This document shows, one piece after another, positions 53,780 through 64,000 of a DNA stretch of 64,000 nucleotides. The notes under the pieces were generated by a model, which worked only from the letters and a program-made list of their open reading frames with translations, was not told where the DNA came from and made no database searches. The translations under genes and the position numbers were made by a program. This DNA is from Eledone cirrhosa (Eukaryota), in contig OZ024743.1 of NCBI GenBank assembly GCA_964016885.1, positions 18,538,001-18,602,000 of the forward strand. The letters run 5' to 3'. The first letter of the stretch is position 1. Each line of letters starts with the position of its first letter.

Positions 53780-55785
53780 ATGACTGCAGGTGTTAAAACC
53801 GCCACCCCCACCACAGCGACAACCACCACCACCGCCACTACAGCGACAACACCCACCACCACCACCATAGCGACAACAGAAACAAAATAAAATAATAAAT
53901 TAACTCGTGATATCGAAATGAATTCAACCAAAATGAACTCTTCCACACCGAACACCACTGAAGCCACCACCACCACAACTGAAATAAAATTAACAAAAAT
54001 AACGATAACAACAACAGCAACAATGAAATTAAGAAATCTACCCATGAGTTTTGCGAGAGTAGCAAAAACGTGCGAAGCGATTCAGGTAACTCAGGAGGAA
54101 TTAGAAGAAGCCAAAAGAATGGTAAAGAAAGATGGGTACATGGTCAGCCTATCCCCCCCCCAGACACACAAACCTAATAAAATGGATCATCGTCGCCTAT
54201 TCACCGTGTCTTTTAGGACAATTAACATAAAGACGCGCCGAGTGGAACGGGCATCCGAGTCCCAGATCCAAAAAGGTTTGGGACATGTGTGGGCAAAAAA
54301 AACCCACGTCAGACGTGGGCAGAAATATGGAACCGTGGAGGTGTTCTTTGAAACACCACAGGAGGCTAGAGAACACTCCATGGCCCCATTAAGAAGTGAC
54401 GACTTCACACTCGTCCCAAGCTATTGTGGCCAGAGACTCGTAAAGATCAGGCTGACCCACATTCTCCGGTCATCGAAATTCCCTGGCTAATAGTTGCCGT
54501 CCTCGCCGGCATCGAAGCCAACACCAAAGTAATCGAAATAGCGAAATAAAAGCAGGAGAACTGGTCCGGATCTGGGATGGAGCTCCTGATCCAAACGGAC
54601 CAAAAAAGCATTGACGAGATCCCAGAGGTAATAGACCTCACTGACGGCAGCCACCTCACCGTAATCGTCGAGGTCAGAAGGCCTAGGTGTGTCGTTTGTG
54701 GTGAAGGAACCCACCTAAGGGCTTTCTGCCCTCAGGCTAAAAGGTTAAGGCCACCTCTCTTACCAATCCCAGTGACTCAACCATCAACACCACCAGCAGC
54801 AGAGATGGCAGCAACAACTGTAGCAGCAACAACAGAAGCAACTGTAACAGCAACAACCCCAACAAAAGTAGCAAAACCAACACCACCACCACCCAACCCG
54901 CCAGAAATAGCACCAGCGCCTACACCATCCACCAGCCACAACCAAAACCAACACCTGTCGAGGATTTTCCACTCCCCGGTCTATCACAACTGAAGACAGA
55001 TTGTGACGACGAGGAGTGGGAAACGGTATCAGGAAAAAAGAAAAAAAGAAACTAAAAAAGAAAAAATTCTCTTCCTTCCCCCTCCAAAAACGAAATACAT
55101 AGGGAAACAAATAAACTATCAAAGAAAAAAGTTCGGACAGATATGCCGCCATCCACACCAGCATCACCAACCCCATCACCACAAACACCAACACCATCAC
55201 CATCATTAACACCAACACCACCATCACCTACACCACAAAAGTCACCAAAAAGCGAAACAGAAACAAACCCACAACAAACGCAAACAAAACAAAACAACCA
55301 AAACGATATACACTACACAGCATTTGGATTGGCAGTATCAGTAGAGGGTCGGACGCCATGCTTTCCAGCATAGTTACGTCCCTTTACGATCTGAGTTCAA
55401 ATCCCGCCGAGGTTGACTTTGCCTTTCATCCTTACGGGGTCGATAAAATAAAGTACCAGTAATGCACTGGGTAATTGCTGGCCTTGTGCCTAAAGTAGAA
55501 ACAATTAAATTTGAACAACAACCAATTATTGCACTACATGCAACACAACACCAGCATCACAGAAAAAGACTACAGATAACCCAAAAGTTTACACCACCTC
55601 CACACATACAAATCACTCGCATCACACAGAAAACGTACACGACACTAAAACAAAAGTTCCCCAAAGACATCGGAGACTTCCGACAAACACTCTCCAGGAG
55701 GATTTATAAGTACATCCTTCCGGAGGAGGCCACGAGCAGTGAAAAGTATGGACAAACCATCCTTCCTCTAGGAGAAGTAAGGTAA
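53780..55785 (+). pseudogene. Tx1 ORF1, disrupted and interrupted by a SINE
   Basis: ORF pieces 53918-54490 (RRM-like GTVEVFF) and 54577-54993 (CCHC knuckle). Confidence 0.75.
55325..55508 (+). mobile_element. tRNA-derived SINE inserted in Tx1 ORF1
   Basis: Same family as 6912-7100; B box GAGTTCAAATCC. Confidence 0.88.
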
Positions 55786-55819
55786 GGGGTCTTTCCCATC
55801 TTTTCCACTCCATTTCAAC

Positions 55820-58800
55820 ATGATCTCACTCAGAATAGGCAGCATAAATGCGGGTGGCTTGGGGTCGTCATGGTAGCAGGGCCACCTGCTCAACGACCTC
55901 AGATCTTCGGCGGCTACGATGTTTACGAATCTCCCAGCCGTCCGGGATCGGGGGGTAGAGTTGCTGTGCTTTTTCGGAGAGGTTTGGATCTCGCCATGCG
56001 GGCCATGCTCCTGGACCCAGAAGGTAAGTTGGTCGTGCTGGACGTGACCAGCGGAGATGGGCAAGCTTTCAGGCTAGTGGCTTTCTATGCCGCAACAGGT
56101 GCAGGGCGGCCTGATTTCTTCCGGCGTCTGGAGAACTTTCTTGGAACACCCGCTCTTTAGCGTAGTGGGCGACTGGAACGGGTTCTTAGATGCACGCTGG
56201 GACTGTGTGGGATTAGCGGATAGGGGAGGAGGGTGCAAGAGCCTCACCAACCTGCTCAGGCGTTTTGAACTGTCTGGCCGGTACCGATTGGATTTCTCGA
56301 ATGTGCCAATGTGGACTTGGACAAATCGCATAGGGTTATCCAGATCATATCTAGATAGAGTATTTTGAAGGGAAATAGATAGGTCTAGCATAGGCTGTCC
56401 ACAATTCAAGATAGTCAGCTACACGGACCACAAATTCGTGATCTGTGTGCTTGACTTAGATAGGCTTCTGAGACGAGGACCCGGCTACTGCAAGCTAAAC
56501 GCGTCCTTACCAGCGCGCAAGGCCTACAGAGACCGGATTAGCGAACTAGTTAAGCGGGCGTTGACGGGGGCCATCGGCAACAACAAGTGTTGGTTTGCCC
56601 TGAAAAGAGCGATTAGAATAGAGTCCATTAGGTTTAGTAAGGCAGTAGCAATAGAGAAAAATACAGCAGAGGAAGAACTAGTTAAAAAATTAGACGAGGC
56701 GCTTAGCAAAGGTATCGGGACCGACGTACTTGCGGTGAAATTGGCCCTTAACCAATTCTTCAATGCAAAGCACGAAGGCTGCGTTGTCAGAGCTAGGGTG
56801 CGTTCTCTGAGACATGAGGAGCAGACAGCCGTTCAAAGGGCCCGAGTGGTGGAGGCGCGTCGTGGAAACACAGGCACGATCCGGTCTTTGGTGGACCACG
56901 ACGGGCGCATGCTACTCAATCCCGGGAAAATGTGTGAAGCTTTCCAGCGACACTTCGCCCAGCTGTTCGGGGGCAGCAGCGGGCCGAATCGAGGGATGAA
57001 CTTTAGTGTCTACCTTGACGGACTGCCGCGTGTCTCGGCCACTGAGGGGAAGGGTTGCGAAAAGCCGATAACAGCCGCTGAAGTACGGGAGGCAATGACT
57101 GGCTGCACAAGGGGTAAGTCGCCTGGTTTGGTTGGTCTGCCCTATGAACTTTACGTACAGATGCCAGACTTGTTCGGAGGCCTCTTGGCGGACGTCTACT
57201 ACAACTGGCAACAGAACGGTAGAATTCCCAGCTCTGTGAGCCGAGGAGCGGTGGCACTGCTGAGAAAGGATCCGAACAAGGGGGATAACATAGATAATTT
57301 CAGGCCCATAACTCTGCTAAACACAGAGTTCAAGATTTTTGTCAAGGTGCTAGCAAAGAGGTTGGCGCTTGTCGTTGGTGGTCTAGTGCGAGAGGTGCAG
57401 ACATGCGCCCTTCCCGACAGATCCATCCACGACAACGTCCACCTCATGCGATACATCGTAGAAAGGGTAGCTAGGGAACCTGGCACGGGTGGGTCCTTGA
57501 TCAATTTAGATCAGTCGAAAGCTTTCGATAGGATCGACCATCGTTACCTAACGGCTGACCTGAGGGCGGCTGTCTTTGGGCCCGTCTTCAGAGACTGGAT
57601 CGCTGCCATGCACAGCGACATCTGCTCTGTGGTGAGTGTGAACGGTCACCTTTCGGAAGCGTTCAACCTCATGCGCTCGGTCCGCCAAAGATATCCCCTC
57701 TCGTCCCTCATGTACGTATTGACTCTCGAGCAATTACTGCACAAACTGGAGACGTTGAGGTGTGTCTCGCGCGAACTAGGATGCGGAAGATCCGTGCCAG
57801 CATATGCGGACGATATCACAGTAGTCCTGTCGAACGCCAAACACATCGAGGCGATCGGCACTACACTAAGAGAATACGAAGCGGTGACAGGAGCAATGAT
57901 CAACCAGGAAAAGTCAGTGGGCCTGCAGCTCGGCACCTGGAGAGACAGGTCCATCCCGTCCAATAGCGTCGTCGGGCGCTGGACGGACGGACCGGTTAAA
58001 TTGCTTGGGGTCTGGTTCGGTCCCGACCTCCAGACGGACAAAAACCGGGACAAGGTGACGAGCAGGATAGCTTCTCTCACCGAGAAATGGGCGGAGAGGA
58101 AGCAATCCCTGAAAGGTCGAGCGGAGGTGGCTAACGCATATATCGCGTCCGTCCTCTACTACCGCCTGACCGTCGTACCTTGTCCTAAGCCCCGCCTGAC
58201 TGCGCTGGAGCGTTTGCTCTTTCGCTTTTTGTGGAAGGGACGCGCTCCGATGGTGAGGCGGTCCATCTGATGTCAACAAACGCTACGTGGAGGGCTGGGA
58301 ATGCTGTGGCTGATGATGCACAGACACGCGCTCAGGCTACGACATCTCCACCTCTTCCTCGATGGTGATCAGGTGGGCTCGCCGTTTTCTAAACGTGTCT
58401 TTCCCAGCTCGTCTCCTTGACGGAGCTGCAGTCCTGGGTCAAGCGAAGACCGAGAGGGAGCGCTACGAGACTGGAATATTTCAGGCGCTGACAGCCCTCG
58501 ACCAATCGGCCAATGTGATCGGTGGAAACTCCACCTTGGCGTTCTATAGAGGGTTAGTGGAGGGGAAGGCGACGACGTACTTGAGGAAACTCTAGGCGTC
58601 GACGAAAATCAACTAGCCAATGTCTTCGGAAGAACTTTCGGGCCGGGGCCTATGGATAACTTCCACAAATACCTGGCCTGGCAGTGCTACCGAGGAGCTT
58701 TACCATTTCGGGATAAACTCTACAGGCATGGAGGTGCCGTTAGTTGGGCATGTCCGAGATGCGCGCAGGGCGACGAAACCGTCCTGCACGCACTCGTCCA

Positions 58801-59167
58801 GTGTCCGAGCATTGCTGACTTGTGGGTTTATGTCGAACACCTGCTATCACGTGTAGGACGGATCCAGCTATCAGCTGAGTCCATCGTGAGGATTTCCCCA
58901 CCCTCTTCCTTTAGCCGGGTAGGGCAGGCAGTGTTTATCTGTATGGTGGCCATGCCGAAAGAGATAGTATGGTGGACACGTTTAAAAGGGCTGAAGACGA
59001 GCACTTACCTCTTCGGTGATGCCCTGATTAACTTTTTCAAATTTCATTTGAAAAGGAAAATCAGGGTAGAGAGGGAAGTGTTCTCTTCCCAGCATTTTGT
59101 TGAAAGATGGGTGAGAGAAGCAAGTATGGCTCGAGTGAATGGGCCTATTCTGAGTATGTGTCTGTAA
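55820..59167 (+). pseudogene. Tx1 ORF2 (APE plus RT plus C-terminal zinc motif), frameshifted
   Basis: MISLRIGSINAGGL start; VVGDWN, SYLDR, YTDH, NFRPITLLN, KAFDRI, AYADD, CPRC...ETVLHALVQC. Confidence 0.92.
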
Positions 59168-59461
59168 ATTAAAGGTGGAACACTGGGAGAGAGCAATTGC
59201 CCTGGTGGTCAGGATCACTGTGGCCTTTTAATGGGCTTTCTCCACAAATATCCCTCGGAAGCCTCCCCCCTATTGGGGAATTTTTCATTGTTATTTTTTT
59301 GTTACATCCTCATTGTTTATTTTTTTTTACACGCAGAAATGCCCATTTGTACCGTCCTGTATTGTACTGTACTCTCCTTAATGTATACTGTATGTAAACC
59401 CTTGTGGTGAATAAAGAAAGTAAAAAAAAGAAAGCTTTTTGTTGTTATTATTATTATTATT

Positions 59462-60364
59462 ACAGCTGCATTTATCTTGCTTTATGTTCATACGAGTTAT
59501 CACCAAGTCACAACCAGTGACCTCAAGAGACAACAAGGTCCACCATGTTCAAGAAAGAACATACATACTCGCACATGCATCTTTAGGTGTTTAGACTTGT
59601 GATGTACTTATATTGACTAAATCTTCCTTAGTATATGGGCAGTTCCCATTAGTACTATCTTTTGTATTTCTCCTATGCGCGGGTTTCCTGGGATTTGCGA
59701 TATGTAATCATTAGACCCCTTAGGTATCATTCCCAGAGCGCCTACAACCACTGGTATTGTTTTAGTTCTCAATTTCCACATTTTTCCAATTTCTATCTCC
59801 ATGTCCTTATACTTGCTCAATTTTTCAAATGTTTTTATAGATACATTCTTGTCTATTGGAACGGACATATCAATTAGCAGGCATACCCTCTTTTTAAAGT
59901 CCTTCAATATTATATCAGGTTTATTTGCATCTATTTTTCGGTCTGTTTGGACGCTAAAGTTCCACAAGATTGAGATGTGATCTTTTTCAAGTATGGGAGG
60001 TGGTTGATGCTCCCACCAATTCTTTTGATGGGACAGGTCAAAATGCTTACACATTATCCAATGTATGTATTGTGCATCTCTGTCATGCCTGTTTAGGTAT
60101 TCGGTTGGAGCTATAGGACTGCAAATTGAAATTATATGGTCAATGGTCTCTGGTTGTTTTTTACATGCACGGCATAATGGGCTGCATCCATTTTTTATTA
60201 TGTTGGCTTGGTAATTTTTGTTGACAGACACTGATCTTGTGATGATATAATCAGTCCTTCAGTCTCCGATTTCAGTCCAGATTATGCCAACCACTGATGG
60301 GTTAAGGTTTTGTCAACATCAGGATTGTTATCTCGTTCTGGGTATTTTCTATACAGAAGCATTT
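59462..60364 (-). mobile_element. 5'-truncated Dong family D1 copy (CCHC plus RLE domain)
   Basis: ORF 59617-60231: CRAC..ETIDHIISIC, RHD, KPDI..D..K..KY; 3' end on (TAA)n. Confidence 0.9.
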
Positions 60365-61156
60365 CTTGGGAAGAACTTTCGGGCCGGGACCTATGGACAA
60401 CTTACAGAAATCTCTGGCCTGGCAGTGCAACCGAGAAAACTTGCCAGTTCGGGATAAACTCTACGGGCATGGAGGTGCCGTCAGCCGGGCATGTCCGAGA
60501 TGCGCGCAGGGCAACGAAACCGTCCTGCACGCACTCGTACAGTGTCCGAAAATTGATGACTTGTGGGTTTATGTCGAACACCTGCTGTCGCGTGTAGGAC
60601 GGATCCGGCTATCATCTGAGGCAATCGTGAGGATTGCCCAGCCCTCTTCCTTTAGCCGGGAAGGGCAGGCAGTTTTTATCTGTCTTGTGGCCATGGCGAA
60701 AGAGATAGCATGGTGGACACGTTTGAAAGGGCTGAAGACGAGCACTTACCTCTTCGGTGATGCCCTGATTGATTTTTCAAATTTCGTTTGAAAAGGAAAA
60801 TCAGAGTAGAGAGGGAAGTGCTCTCTTCCCAGTATTTTGTTGAATGATGGGTGAGAGAAGCAAGAATGGCCCGAGGGAATGGGCCTACTCTGAGTACTTA
60901 TATGTAAATTAAAGGTGGAAAACTGGGAGAGGGCACTTGCCTTGGAGGTCAGGCTCACTGTGGCCTTATAATGGGCTTTCTCCACAAATGTTCCTCCGAA
61001 GTCTCCCCCCTATTGGGGAATTTTTCATTGTTTTTTTTTTGTTACATCCTCTGTTTTTGTTTTTTACACGCAGAAATGCCCATTAGTACCGTCCTGTATT
61101 GTCCTGCACAGTCCTTAATGTATACTTTATGTAAACCCTTGTGGTTAATAAAGAAT
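60364..61156 (+). mobile_element. 5'-truncated Tx1 3' fragment (copy B')
   Basis: Closely similar to 58623-59418; AATAAA at 61147. Confidence 0.9.
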
Positions 61157-61179
61157 TAATAATAATTATTATTATTATT

Positions 61180-61536
61180 ACAGTTGCATTTATCTTGGTT
61201 TATGTCATACGAGTTATCACCAAGTCACAACCAGTGACCTCAAGAGACAACAAGGTCCGCCATGTTTAAGAAAGAACATACATACTCACACATGCATCTT
61301 TAGTGTTTAGACTTGTGATGTACTTATATTGACAGAATCTTCCTTAGTATATGGGCAGTTCCCATTAGTACTATCTTTTGTATTTCTCCTATACGCGGGT
61401 TTCCTGGGATTTGCGATAAGTAATCATTAGACCACTTAGGTATCATTCCCAGAGCGCCTAACACCACTGGTATTGTTTTAGTTCTCAATTTCCACATTTT
61501 TCCAATTTCTATCTCCAGGTCCTTATACTTGCTCAA

Positions 61537-61540
<4 letters not shown>
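61180..61540 (-). mobile_element. Short 3' fragment of Dong family D1 between two (TTA)n tracts
   Basis: Matches 59462-59825; (TTA)n at 61162-61180 and 61541-61580. Confidence 0.9.
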
Positions 61541-61568
<28 letters not shown>

Positions 61569-61654
61569 GTTATTGTTATTCCTTGAATCTCAGTCATTGA
61601 TGTTGGTTAACTGGAAAGTCCGTTGGATTGAATATCAAGCCACTACCTGCAGCC

Positions 61655-64000
61655 TCAGATATTCAGGACGTATCGGAGGGTTCTTGCCGTTCCAAGCAAG
61701 CATGCCTTTTGAAGCGTTCCAAAAAGCGTGAAGGGGCCGATTTTCTTTAACCATCCCTGGAAACTTTTGGAGATAGTCCCCAGTGCGCCTATGACAATCG
61801 GGATCACTTTGACTTCATGGCAGTTCCAAATCCTTTTCACCTCCCACTTTAGGTCCTGGTATCGGTTAATTTTCTCCCTCTCCTTCTCTTGCACTCTCGT
61901 GTCGAACGGGCAGGCCACATCCACAATCAGGCACGATCTTTTTTCTTTGTCCACAACCACCAGGTCAGGTCTATCGTGTTCCAGTTTTTTGTCCGTCTGT
62001 ATCCTAAAATCCCACAGCACCTCCACCTGACTGTTCTCCATCACCGCCTCTGGCCTATGCTCATACCATTTCTCAGAATGTGGTAGATTGTTTACTTTGC
62101 ACAGGTGCCAGTGGATCACCCTGCCCATCACATCGTGTCTCCAGCCCTTATAGTGGGTCTGGGCTAGGTGTTTACACTCGGACACAATGTGAGCCACAGT
62201 CTCCTCTCTCTCTCCACAGATCCTGCACAGTGGGCTAGCCTCCTCCTTGTAGATATGGTGCTTCAACCACTTCGTTTTGAGGGCCTGCTCCTGCGCAGCC
62301 ATTAGCATTCCTTCTGTAGCCTTTTTGAGGTCTCCTCTTCTCAACCAGTTCCATGTCTGTGGATCTCTAAATTCAGTTTTCTCAAAGAAGGTACTATGAA
62401 GGGATTTTCCCTTAAGGCTGCTCTTCCTCCTTGATGTTATTTCCTCCTTGGATATCCCCTGGCCTACTGTCCCCTCCTTCAGTACAGCTCTGAGCATTGG
62501 CTCCTTACTATAGGTCACGTATTTGTATAGGTTGTTTTTCTCCATCTGAACACAGTCCTCTATGCTGATAAGACCTCTTCCACCCTCAGATCTCCTTAGG
62601 TAGAGTCTATCGACATCACTCCTCTTGTGGAACATGTTGTAGATAGTCAATAGCTTCCTAGTCTTCCTATCCATTTCTTTTTGTTCAGCAACATTCCATC
62701 TCAGAATTCCCGCACTGTACCTAATAATAGACACAGCTCGGGAATTTACTGCGCTTATGGCATTTCTGCTGTTCAGATGTGACTTCAATACGCTCCTTAC
62801 TCTCCGAATGTATTCAGTTCTTAACAATTCCTTCATTTTTTTGTTCTTTATGCCATCAGCCTCCAGAACGCCCAAATACTTGTATCCTTCCTCAGAGTCA
62901 ATTTCCTTTATCATCTCACCTGTTGGTATCTGGATCCCGTTACTTCTGCTCAACCTACCCCTCCTCATCACAATGACTCCACATTTACCAATACCAAACT
63001 GCATACATATATCACTGGTGAAAATACGGACAGTGTCAACAAGCACATCCAACTCCTTCTCACTTTTCCCGAAGAGCTTAAGATCGTCCATGAAGAGGAG
63101 GTGATTGATGGTAAGCTCTCCCCTTCCCAACTTGTATCCTGCTCTCACTTTTCGCAGCATAATGGTCAAGGGCATCAGGGCAAGGACAAACAACAGAGGG
63201 GACAGGCTATCTCCCTGGAAGATACCTCTCTTGATCTTCACGCTTCCCAAGGATACTCCAGTTGATGTCAACTCTGTCTCCCAGGACCCCATACTCCTGC
63301 CCAGCAACTGTCTGATGTTATCTGCCACCCTGAAGATCTCCAGGCTTTTGGTGATCCAGGAATGAGGCACCATGTCAAATGCCTTTCTGTAGTCTATCCA
63401 TCCCATGGCAAGATCAGTGTGTCTCCTCCTGCAATTCCCCATTACCATCTTATCAATAAGCAACTGGTCCTTTGTACCACGTGACTTCTTTCGGCATCCT
63501 TTCTGTTCGTCCGGCAACAAGTTGTTTGTGTGGAGGTGATGGTAGATTTCCTCAGACACAATGCTCGTCAACAGTTTCCACATTACGGGCAGACATGTGA
63601 TAGGTCTATAGTTGGTAACATCATTACCCTTGATTCGGTCTTTCATTATCAGAACTGTGGTACCTTTTGTCAACCACTCTGGCACCTCACCCGACACCAA
63701 GCAGTCATTGAACATGGCCGTCAGCTTCGGGTGGAGGGATGTTAAATGTTTAATCCAATACCCCTGCACACCACCTGGGCCTGGTGATTTCCAGTTGGTT
63801 AGTTTTTTGGCTTGCCCCTTAAGAGTTTCAACTGTGATACTCAAATCAGTCTGTTGCTGTGCCTGCTCACCGATCTCCCTCTGTACTGTCTCAATCCACC
63901 CTGCCTGGGCATTGTGTCTAACATCCTGCTCCCATATTCCTCTCCAGAATGTTTTAGCTTGTTCCGCCCCAGGGATCAAGTCGTTGCCTCTTTCTTTCCC
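61655..64000 (-). CDS. R4/Dong-clade RT plus restriction-like endonuclease ORF, uninterrupted; 5' part lies beyond the window
   Basis: >=774 aa open: KSPG, NYRPITCL, EQKGCR, DYRKAFD, QGDSLSP, LFMDD, CRICG..ETVAHIVSEC, RHD, RPD..D...K..Y; 3' UTR 61580-61654 then (TAA)n. Confidence 0.93.
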   Translation of the reverse strand, partial: GKERGNDLIPGAEQAKTFWRGIWEQDVRHNAQAGWIETVQREIGEQAQQQTDLSITVETLKGQAKKLTNWKSPGPGGVQGYWIKHLTSLHPKLTAMFNDCLVSGEVPEWLTKGTTVLIMKDRIKGNDVTNYRPITCLPVMWKLLTSIVSEEIYHHLHTNNLLPDEQKGCRKKSRGTKDQLLIDKMVMGNCRRRHTDLAMGWIDYRKAFDMVPHSWITKSLEIFRVADNIRQLLGRSMGSWETELTSTGVSLGSVKIKRGIFQGDSLSPLLFVLALMPLTIMLRKVRAGYKLGRGELTINHLLFMDDLKLFGKSEKELDVLVDTVRIFTSDICMQFGIGKCGVIVMRRGRLSRSNGIQIPTGEMIKEIDSEEGYKYLGVLEADGIKNKKMKELLRTEYIRRVRSVLKSHLNSRNAISAVNSRAVSIIRYSAGILRWNVAEQKEMDRKTRKLLTIYNMFHKRSDVDRLYLRRSEGGRGLISIEDCVQMEKNNLYKYVTYSKEPMLRAVLKEGTVGQGISKEEITSRRKSSLKGKSLHSTFFEKTEFRDPQTWNWLRRGDLKKATEGMLMAAQEQALKTKWLKHHIYKEEASPLCRICGEREETVAHIVSECKHLAQTHYKGWRHDVMGRVIHWHLCKVNNLPHSEKWYEHRPEAVMENSQVEVLWDFRIQTDKKLEHDRPDLVVVDKEKRSCLIVDVACPFDTRVQEKEREKINRYQDLKWEVKRIWNCHEVKVIPIVIGALGTISKSFQGWLKKIGPFTLFGTLQKACLLGTARTLRYVLNI

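Larger units (their letters stand above)
53690..59433 (+). mobile_element. Near full-length degenerate Tx1/L1-clade LINE (copy B)
   Basis: ORF1 with CVVCGEGTHLRAFC; ORF2 APE/RT including a 610-aa open stretch; AATAAA at 59410 and A-rich tail. Confidence 0.92.

Overview
AT-rich, microsatellite-dense eukaryotic DNA made almost entirely of retroelements. The repeat style and SINE sequences look molluscan or cephalopod (octopus-like); that is an inference. No host gene was recognised. The first ~42 kb is dominated by Penelope-like element (PLE) fragments with GIY-YIG ORF remnants and by short non-coding 0.4-0.65 kb tandem or inverted units sitting in (TA)n tracts. Manual folding finds about 23 type I hammerhead ribozyme (HHR) motifs from about 11 unrelated sequence families in these units. 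They include a U3-A8 core variant, a U4A core variant and recurrent non-canonical 10.1/11.1 pairs, so this is a dense retrozyme-like cluster. The window also holds two long degenerate Tx1/L1-clade LINEs, an RTE LINE with a 14-bp target-site duplication (TSD), a CRE-like relic and tRNA-derived SINEs. At 50.6-64 kb, R4/Dong-clade elements anchored in (TAA)n alternate with Tx1 elements; the last Dong copy has an uninterrupted ORF running off the window end. All folds were done by eye and coordinates are approximate to a few nt unless stated.
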